Source: an uncultured Candidatus Bathyarchaeia archaeon
Lineage (GTDB): Archaea > Thermoproteota > Bathyarchaeia > 40CM-2-53-6
Length of the DNA stretch: 41,124 nt
Direction: 5' to 3'
Assembly (NCBI GenBank): GCA_964353625.1
Contig: CAYGWT010000331.1
Coordinates: 1 to 41,124 of the forward strand
In this document: piece after piece, positions 25,097 to 30,325 of the stretch
Position numbering within the stretch: position 1 is the stretch's first letter
Layout of the letters: every line of letters begins with the position of its first letter
Program-made: the position numbers and the translations under genes
Notes under the pieces: model-generated
The model's input: only the letters and a program-made list of their open reading frames with translations
What the model was told of the DNA's origin: nothing
Databases searched by the model: none

Positions 25097-26136
25097 TAGA
25101 CTTCTCCTCGTTCGTAGTGCCCGTAGTTCGGATCCCATCCATCATACACCCGATAGACAAGATCAGCTACAGCATTGTGCTCTTTCGCCGCATAGTTGGC
25201 GTTGCCTTGACGTAGATCTGCACGAAGGGCATTCAGTGCCTTGCCTAGTCTGTCCTCCTTGAAACGCCCCTTAGCATCACGAGGCATCTTGGCGGCGTGG
25301 GCCTTCAGTTTCTCACGGATGGCTCGCTTCTTTTTCAGATGCTGCTCATACCGATCAAGATCCCTGTGGAGCATATCAACTTCGTTCGGCACCTTCGCAG
25401 GGGGCTTAGCTACAGGCTTGGGTTCATCTGGGATAATGGGCAGATGGAAATGTTCACCGACCGCATACTCCCGAGGCGCATCCAACTGGCCTACAGTTTG
25501 CCCTCGTTGCCAGTACGAACCAGCACCTGAAGCACACCCCTTCATCTCCGCCATGCACTTGACCGCATCGAGGCGACGAAGCTTCTCGATAGGCACACCG
25601 ATAGGCACACCATCTGCAGGAGGTAGCTTGGCACGAAGGATATCCGTGATATACGCAAGCCCGTGTCCGTAGCTGTTATAGAACCAGCCACCATCATTGC
25701 GATAGTTTTCAGGGCTGCCGCTGCCACCAGCACGCCAAGCCATACCAACGATCGTAGCCATCGGATCGATCTTGTTCTCCATCATGTACTTAAAACAAAA
25801 CGGGTACGTTTTGTAGTACTCAAGAGGCTGTCGCAGCAGCGTGACGGCAAACACAAGTTGGCCGTAAGACCACTCCGGAGTCTGCCAATACCCGTTCGGC
25901 AGTACCGTGATCTGGAGGATCCTCTCAAGATGATCACGCCACTGATGGTAGTCCGCCTCCTCGGTAGAGCGAGGATTCTTCCGGTTAGCGAACCACTTGT
26001 GCTCCACACCAAACACAAATGATTGTGGGGCTGCTCGATCATACGGGGATCCCGTTCTCGCATAACTAAATACCCCTGCGGAACAGGCAGTGGATTTACC
26101 ATCCGCAGTAAGTAGATTGATGATCGGATTACCCAT
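25096..26136 (-). CDS. Hypothetical 346-aa protein at the head of the amidoligase cassette
   Basis: It is a long clean ORF with a basic coiled-coil C-terminal third. I recognise no motif. Confidence 0.6.
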   Translation of the reverse strand: MGNPIINLLTADGKSTACSAGVFSYARTGSPYDRAAPQSFVFGVEHKWFANRKNPRSTEEADYHQWRDHLERILQITVLPNGYWQTPEWSYGQLVFAVTLLRQPLEYYKTYPFCFKYMMENKIDPMATIVGMAWRAGGSGSPENYRNDGGWFYNSYGHGLAYITDILRAKLPPADGVPIGVPIEKLRRLDAVKCMAEMKGCASGAGSYWQRGQTVGQLDAPREYAVGEHFHLPIIPDEPKPVAKPPAKVPNEVDMLHRDLDRYEQHLKKKRAIREKLKAHAAKMPRDAKGRFKEDRLGKALNALRADLRQGNANYAAKEHNAVADLVYRVYDGWDPNYGHYERGEV

Positions 26137-26344
26137 GTTTGCCTCCAGTCACCACACTGTACACCTGACCGTACTGCTTGTCGGACATGGCAGCACCGGC
26201 TACCATTTTCGGATAGCCAGACTGCGTATTGAAACGAGTCCAACCATCCCATCCTTTCCCACAGAACACATCCACTCCGCCGGTAATCGGAAGGATTACA
26301 ACATCACCGGTATGGTTGAAGCGGACCTTGTGCTTGCGTGTCAT
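26129..26344 (-). CDS. Hypothetical small protein
   Basis: It is 71 aa and has an 8-nt overlap with the downstream gene. Confidence 0.5.
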   Translation of the reverse strand: MTRKHKVRFNHTGDVVILPITGGVDVFCGKGWDGWTRFNTQSGYPKMVAGAAMSDKQYGQVYSVVTGGKHG

Positions 26345-26577
26345 TCTTGTTCTCCGTCGAGTTGTTCTAGCATTGAAACGTACTTCGCAATACCAAGTAC
26401 AAACAGCTCTGCGTACCCTCCTTCGTTTTCGTGGAGACTCAGGGCTAGCTCAACCTCTTGCCGTGTTCCACATTCCAGCAAGACTGGCTCATCGTCCCCC
26501 GGCACACACCCCATGAGCCAAAACTCAGGGGCATTGCGCGGGGGATCGAAGATCTGCCTGTCAACGCGGACTGCCAT
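26341..26577 (-). CDS. Hypothetical small acidic protein
   Basis: It is 78 aa and has an ATGA overlap with the downstream gene. Confidence 0.5.
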   Translation of the reverse strand: MAVRVDRQIFDPPRNAPEFWLMGCVPGDDEPVLLECGTRQEVELALSLHENEGGYAELFVLGIAKYVSMLEQLDGEQE

Positions 26578-26773
26578 TCACATCACCGTTGCGCAGGCCA
26601 AGCATACGAGCGTAGTACTTGAACGGGTCAGCGGCACGGGGCGCGATGTTACCGACCTTGCTCGCCTGCTCCTGCAAGAACCGATCGCACACCATGCGAC
26701 TGATGTTGGCCCCAACTCGCGCTTGGTTCTTGAGTTGTTCGATCCGCTTGAACGTTGGTATGTTGTATGCCAT
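26561..26773 (-). CDS. Hypothetical small protein
   Basis: The start is moved to MAYNIPTF (ATG 26773), with GGAG 8 nt upstream. Confidence 0.5.
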   Translation of the reverse strand: MAYNIPTFKRIEQLKNQARVGANISRMVCDRFLQEQASKVGNIAPRAADPFKYYARMLGLRNGDVNGSPR

Positions 26774-26774
26774 G

Positions 26775-27083
26775 TTAGATCTCCGTCTCTGAGTTAGGCT
26801 CTTGTTTGATGACAGCCAGCTCTGCCTCAATCGGCAATACCAGATCATTATGAGGACACGACAAGATCAGGCCGTCTGAAAGACGAACGATTGAGCGCGT
26901 TTTCCCGTCTCTCTTCAGCAACGCCGCATCACCGGCTGAGAGGGAACACTTCATCCAGTGTTCAGTTGGACACTTCACGGTGTTAGTCGTCTGATTGACC
27001 AACAGGAACACAGAACCGTAGCTCAAGGTAGACAGCCGCTTGTACAGGCTCGGTCCGTCCCGAGTGATGTATGTTGTATTCAT
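26775..27083 (-). CDS. Hypothetical protein
   Basis: The start is moved to MNTTYITRDG (ATG 27083), with AAGGAGG 7 nt upstream and a TAATG overlap with the upstream stop. Confidence 0.55.
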   Translation of the reverse strand: MNTTYITRDGPSLYKRLSTLSYGSVFLLVNQTTNTVKCPTEHWMKCSLSAGDAALLKRDGKTRSIVRLSDGLILSCPHNDLVLPIEAELAVIKQEPNSETEI

Positions 27084-27451
27084 TACCACGCCTCCTTGAG
27101 ATTGAAACAAAACGCAGTGACATCGTTGCCACTGTTTGGGTTACGCTCCGTACCCAACTCCTGACTAGCAGGTAGCCGACGAAGCAGCGACAGGACTTGA
27201 CGATAATGGAGATCCCTCTGGGTTGGTAGTCCCGGAGACTGCGGAATAAAAAAGAAACAGAAGGTCTTGTTCGCACGAATCGCGGCGATGATACTCTTCT
27301 CGACACGCTTCGGCCAAGACTGGCAGTTTTGGAACGCCAACGTACCTTCCACCGCAGCACAGCAAGCGAGGTACCTAATTGTGCCGTAGTCGTTGTTGAA
27401 CTTGGCCCTGTATTTCGCAGGCAACTTTTCATACGCTTTATAGTAGTTCAT
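27083..27451 (-). CDS. Hypothetical 122-aa protein. Its ATG is fused to a TTTACT-N6-AGTAAA motif.
   Basis: The minus strand reads TTTACTGGAGCTAGTAAATG at the start. Confidence 0.6.
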   Translation of the reverse strand: MNYYKAYEKLPAKYRAKFNNDYGTIRYLACCAAVEGTLAFQNCQSWPKRVEKSIIAAIRANKTFCFFFIPQSPGLPTQRDLHYRQVLSLLRRLPASQELGTERNPNSGNDVTAFCFNLKEAW

Positions 27452-27468
27452 TTACTAGCTCCAGTAAA
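27451..27468 (-). promoter_or_regulatory. Start-associated palindrome, copy S1
   Basis: The minus strand reads TTTACT-GGAGCT-AGTAAA followed by TG (ATG of 27083..27451). Confidence 0.65.
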
Positions 27469-27496
27469 AAAAGCCGGGGACCCGCCTGCCCCGGGC
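27466..27496 (-). terminator. Rho-independent terminator (minus strand)
   Basis: The minus strand reads CCGGGGcaggcgggtCCCCGGcTTTTTTT. The T-run merges into motif S1. Confidence 0.5.
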
Positions 27497-27700
27497 ACTG
27501 TCGCAGACGAGAGCTGCGATACCATCAGGTTAAATGGTAACGGGTCTTAACCTTGCGCGGTTACGTCTCCGGCGTCCTGCCTCCAGACCGTGTTTGTTCC
27601 AATGGACTCACCACTTCAGAGTCAGAACAAGTAACTCGCCATGGCCTCTTGTCCATTGCCTATCATAAGGGGATGCAACGGCTCCTGCTATCTGCTGGCT
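27466..27700 (-). ncRNA. Candidate non-coding RNA of about 230 nt (promoter to terminator, with no ORF)
   Basis: It lies in the 357-bp stretch between genes 27809.. and ..27451, which has no credible ORF. A promoter-like element lies at 27706-27735 and a terminator at 27466-27496. Several stems are visible (CAATGGAC/GTCCATTG, AGGTTAA/TTAACCT, CGCAG/CTGCG). Confidence 0.25.
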
Positions 27701-27705
27701 GCATC

Positions 27706-27735
27706 AGCATACCACAAAGTCTAGCAAGTAATCAA
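27706..27735 (-). promoter_or_regulatory. Possible sigma70-type promoter (minus strand)
   Basis: The minus strand reads TTGATT-18 nt-TATGCT with TGg giving an extended -10. The -35 overlaps the palindrome ATCAAGttctCTTGAT. Confidence 0.35.
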
Positions 27736-27808
27736 GAGAACTTGATAAGAGCCTATCCTTGTGGGAGAGCAATAGCCCAGTGTTCAGCACTAGGAACTGT
27801 AGAAGCAG

Positions 27809-28045
27809 TTAGAAGTCCCAAACATCGAGACGACTAGGGGCGGCCTTGTACCCCTCGCAGGTGTTGGCGGGCACTTGTTCACCGACCTTGCTCAAACCTT
27901 TTGGCGGGTCAGCCTTAATGCCCAATCGAACAAATGCTTCGGCGATATGCTGAGGGTTGAACGCTCTCCCCTCGAACCACTCTTTGAGAGCCTTCGCCTG
28001 ATGAGAATGTAACGTGGTGAAGTCTTGGGTTTGACAGTAGCACAT
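27809..28045 (-). CDS. Hypothetical small early protein
   Basis: The protein-like frame reads ..DFTTLHSHQAKALKEWFEGRAFNPQHIAEAFVRLGIKADPP... ATG 28045 is preceded by GGAGAGG. The ORF-track start at 28072 is a TTG with no SD. Confidence 0.5.
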   Translation of the reverse strand: MCYCQTQDFTTLHSHQAKALKEWFEGRAFNPQHIAEAFVRLGIKADPPKGLSKVGEQVPANTCEGYKAAPSRLDVWDF

Positions 28046-28101
28046 GATACCTCTCCGTTGAGTTGTTGCCAAGCGTTGTATTCCGAAAGTCGCGGCATAG
28101 T

Positions 28102-28119
28102 TTTACTCCGCTTAGTAAC
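28102..28119 (-). promoter_or_regulatory. Start-associated palindrome, variant copy S7
   Basis: The minus strand reads GTTACT-AAGCGG-AGTAAA followed by ACTATG (ATG 28098, which opens a different frame from the gene above). Confidence 0.4.
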
Positions 28120-28393
28120 CCCAACGCGGGTTAATCGGGATCAGCGAGAACTCATGCCAGTCGAAGCCACAGTTCTTCGCCGCGTGTTCGAAGTCCTCAT
28201 GCGTGAGGACAGGCCTGCCGTGACGATCCTTGCCGGTAGGTACAGCGAGGACTTGGATGCCGTTGTCGATCAGGCACTTGTGTGCTGATTCAGCATCATC
28301 GAACTTCATCTCGTACACTTGCTGCTCCCCTTTCTTGCGGAAGCGCAGGATAGAGCGGAAGCCTTGCTGCTTGAAAGGTGCGGTCAGTCTCAT
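28112..28393 (-). CDS. Hypothetical 93-aa early protein
   Basis: The ATG is fused to motif S2. Confidence 0.6.
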   Translation of the reverse strand: MRLTAPFKQQGFRSILRFRKKGEQQVYEMKFDDAESAHKCLIDNGIQVLAVPTGKDRHGRPVLTHEDFEHAAKNCGFDWHEFSLIPINPRWGY

Positions 28394-28410
28394 TTACTAT
28401 CTCCAGTAAA
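28393..28410 (-). promoter_or_regulatory. Start-associated palindrome, copy S2
   Basis: The minus strand reads TTTACT-GGAGAT-AGTAAA followed by TG. The stop codon of the upstream gene (TAG) directly precedes it. Confidence 0.65.
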
Positions 28411-28662
28411 CTACGGGTTGAGGATATCAAACTCAACCGACAGAGTGCCAACCACATCCGAGTGGTTGATCTGTGCGTTGGCTTGCCGGAAGGCGGTGAT
28501 TTGCTTTTCCGCCCAAGACTCGATAAGGGCCAGTGGAGTGGAGTCCTTGAACGTCTCCCGCAACGTGAACAGTGTCATCTTACGGACGCGGGCCTTGTTT
28601 TGCCCATCGCCGAAGAACACCCACATCCAGATCACCAACTTAGCTCCAACGAAGCGCGACAT
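28411..28662 (-). CDS. Hypothetical 83-aa early protein
   Basis: The ATG is fused to motif S3. Confidence 0.6.
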   Translation of the reverse strand: MSRFVGAKLVIWMWVFFGDGQNKARVRKMTLFTLRETFKDSTPLALIESWAEKQITAFRQANAQINHSDVVGTLSVEFDILNP

Positions 28663-28679
28663 TTACTATCTCCAGTAAA
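28662..28679 (-). promoter_or_regulatory. Start-associated palindrome, copy S3
   Basis: The minus strand reads TTTACT-GGAGAT-AGTAAA followed by TG. It is preceded by a small hairpin GGGCgttaGCCC. Confidence 0.65.
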
Positions 28680-28712
28680 AGGGCTAACGCCCGCTTTGTT
28701 CACCGACCCTCG

Positions 28713-28745
28713 AAAAAAAGAGGGCTGGCCGAAGCCAACCCCCTC
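28713..28745 (-). terminator. Rho-independent terminator with a UUCG tetraloop (minus strand)
   Basis: The minus strand reads GAGggGGTTGGCttcgGCCAGCCCTCTTTTTTT, 12 nt after the stop of 28758..29522. Confidence 0.65.
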
Positions 28746-28757
28746 ACCAGCCGACGA

Positions 28758-29522
28758 TCACTCGGCCGCGTTGATGATGCTCAGCGCTTTGGTCAGGTAC
28801 GCTTTCGCCTTGACTTTGCCCATACGCTTGAGCAGACTCGCCGCGAAACCTGCCGCCGATTCAGCCAGATCCTCACGCGCCTTGACCGCGAATTCGGACG
28901 CGGCTTTCTTAGCGGCGCGCGCTTTCAGCTTCTCGACTTGCGCAGGCGAGTGCCCGAGCGTCAGAGCGGCATCCGCGATCTTATCCTCGGCACGCGAGAC
29001 CGCCTTGGCCAGCTTCGCCGCTTCCCGCTCCGCGACAGGCTTGATCGCTTCGCCGGTGCGCCAATTGATCGGCGCATCGCCTTGCGTCAGACGCGATCGC
29101 GCCTCGGCTACCAACGATTCATTGTTGGTATAACTTGCGACTTCCGCCGCCGTCATGCGACCCCGGTAGACTGCGCCGAACACTGCCCGAACGTAGGCCG
29201 CGAATTTCCGCGCCTCATCCGTTGTCGCGCCATCTTGCCATTTGTCGTCGCCGTCTTTCGAGCGCGTACCTTGAATCAGGCCAGCCAGAGCCGAATCGAA
29301 CTGCTCCAGACCCGCTTCGCCGAGTTGCTCCGCGACTCCGACGCCCGTCATTGCCGTATCCCGGATCAGGACACACTTGGCACCAGCGGCATCCGCCGCG
29401 ATGTTTCTGTACCGCTCGAAACTCGGTTCGATCGCTTGCGCAGTGATCAGAACCGCGACTTTCACTTCCGCTTTCTTGACAGGCTCCAGCTTGCCTGCCA
29501 CTACCGCGAGCGTTGCGCTCAT
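28758..29522 (-). CDS. Hypothetical Ala-rich 254-aa protein, the first gene of the leftward early transcript, in a locally GC-rich segment
   Basis: It is a clean ORF whose ATG is fused to motif S4. Hand counts of individual 60-nt lines give about 65% GC here, versus about 43-50% in typical lines elsewhere. Confidence 0.65.
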   Translation of the reverse strand: MSATLAVVAGKLEPVKKAEVKVAVLITAQAIEPSFERYRNIAADAAGAKCVLIRDTAMTGVGVAEQLGEAGLEQFDSALAGLIQGTRSKDGDDKWQDGATTDEARKFAAYVRAVFGAVYRGRMTAAEVASYTNNESLVAEARSRLTQGDAPINWRTGEAIKPVAEREAAKLAKAVSRAEDKIADAALTLGHSPAQVEKLKARAAKKAASEFAVKAREDLAESAAGFAASLLKRMGKVKAKAYLTKALSIINAAE

Positions 29523-29540
29523 TTTACTGCTCCCAGTAAA
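29523..29540 (-). promoter_or_regulatory. Start-associated palindrome, copy S4
   Basis: The minus strand reads TTTACT-GGGAGC-AGTAAA followed by ATG. Confidence 0.65.
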
Positions 29541-29594
29541 CCCGAGGAACCCGCCTCGCCGGTATCGGTGCTTGTTTCTGCATCCGATGTAGCC

Positions 29595-29623
29595 ATTCTA
29601 CGCTTCGTTTGCCTGCCCGTCAA
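29595..29623 (-). promoter_or_regulatory. Sigma70-type promoter for the leftward early operon
   Basis: The minus strand reads TTGACG-ggcaggcaaacgaagcg-TAGAAT, with a 17-nt spacer. It lies about 70 nt upstream of ATG 29522. Confidence 0.6.
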
Positions 29624-29634
29624 CCCCCCCCCCC
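29624..29634. repeat. Homopolymer C11 (G11 on the minus strand) abutting the -35 element
   Basis: The plus strand reads caaCCCCCCCCCCCgCCCCg. The minus strand reads GGGGcGGGGGGGGGGGttgacg. Confidence 0.9.
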
Positions 29635-29641
29635 GCCCCGC

Positions 29642-29659
29642 TTTACTAGACCTAGTAAA
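29642..29659. promoter_or_regulatory. Palindrome copy S5 (no ORF attached), upstream of the early promoter
   Basis: TTTACTAGGTCTAGTAAA has perfect 8-bp arms (TTTACTAG/CTAGTAAA). It lies 18 nt upstream of the -35 at 29618-29623. Confidence 0.6.
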
Positions 29660-29833
29660 CTCGGGAAGATCCGCCGCTGACCCACGCGACAGCATCAGCC
29701 TAAACTTCAGCTGACAGGCAAATTGTAGCACGGGCAATGCCGGCAGTGGTTGTTGCCACGCAACGTTGTTTCTGCGCCACTTGACAAGGCCTTGGAATTG
29801 TGTTAACCGACCTTGTGAGTGAGCACTCACTAA

Positions 29834-29851
29834 CCTACTAAGCGTAGTAAA
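29834..29851. promoter_or_regulatory. Palindrome copy S6 (variant, no credible ORF attached)
   Basis: The plus strand reads CCTACT-AAGCGT-AGTAAA. It lies next to a second palindrome, GTGAGTGagCACTCAC, at 29815-29830. Confidence 0.45.
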
Positions 29852-29866
29852 CTCGCAACAAGGGGT

Positions 29867-30281
29867 TGTTGTAAGAAAGCAACAAATGTCTGGACTACGG
29901 GCGAGCGCAAGGTATTGTTGTATTTACGCAACAGCTCGCCCCTAAAAGTATATGCTCGCTTAGAATGATTCTTATTCAGACCCCCCGGGTGGGGGGAAAA
30001 GTCCGGGCTTTAGTCCGTGCGAAAGGGTGCTTCGCACAATGCGCACGCTTTTTTGAAACAGGGTCTCCGGTTTAGCGGAGCTAAACTGGCAGTGAAGCTC
30101 TGCTTCACCGCATAGACTGTTGTATTTTTACAACAGTTCTTACAGAAGTGTTGTATTTTTACAACAAAGTGTTGTTTTTTTGCAACATGTACCCACGAAG
30201 TGTTGTATTTTCGCAACACTTTTGAGTGGGTGATCCCGCAAAAGCGGGATTTAGTCCCGAAACTGTTGCTTTTTTGCAACA
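29867..30281. promoter_or_regulatory. Array B of the 18-bp palindrome TGTTG-N8(9)-CAACA (seven copies)
   Basis: Copies start at 29867, 29916, 30117, 30148, 30169 (N9), 30201 and 30264. The spacers are T-rich (TATTTTTA twice, TATTTTCG, CTTTTTTG). The last copy ends 15 nt before the -35 at 30297. Confidence 0.75.
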
Positions 30282-30296
30282 GATTTCGAGACATAC

Positions 30297-30325
30297 TTGA
30301 CAAAATCAAAAAAATATGCTATAAT
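30297..30325 (+). promoter_or_regulatory. Perfect-consensus extended -10 sigma70 promoter for the rightward arm
   Basis: The sequence is TTGACA-aaatcaaaaaaatatgc-TATAAT, with a 17-nt spacer and TGc immediately upstream of the -10. Confidence 0.75.

Noticed and set aside
27553-27837. A 94-aa plus-strand ORF in the ORF-free gap
   Set aside because: It has no SD, is oriented against the whole arm, overlaps the 3' end of the neighbouring minus-strand gene, and its sequence is not protein-like. The region is treated as non-coding instead.
28378-29714. Long plus-strand ORFs 28378..29133 (251 aa) and 28938..29714 (258 aa)
   Set aside because: They are antisense to the GC-rich early gene. Their Arg/Ala/Ser-rich composition is typical of off-strand frames in GC-rich DNA. 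They have no SD, and they cross the terminator and the promoter.
29519-29830. A 103-aa minus-strand ORF starting at a GTG just after palindrome S6 and ending in an ATGA overlap with the first early gene
   Set aside because: It has no SD, it contains the early promoter and the G11 tract, and it lies in a GC-rich segment where long accidental open frames are expected. The ATGA junction is a caveat. If it were real, the G11 tract would be a frameshift hotspot.
30066-30106. Two adjacent hairpins with 3-nt loops that resemble N4-type virion-RNAP hairpin promoters
   Set aside because: No N4-like virion RNA polymerase motifs are recognisable in the giant ORF portion present in the window, and strong sigma70-type promoters already flank the region. 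They are kept only as part of the control-region description.
17484-30281. Whether the repeated 18-bp palindromes form a CRISPR array
   Set aside because: The repeats are only 18 bp with variable centres, the gaps between them are irregular (3-45 bp within clusters), and no cas genes are present. They look like protein-binding sites, not CRISPR repeats.
30010-30309. A 99-aa minus-strand ORF across the control region
   Set aside because: It is generated by the T/A-rich palindrome array, as shown by repetitive KNTTV/KIQHF-type peptides. It has no SD, and it spans the array and the rightward promoter.
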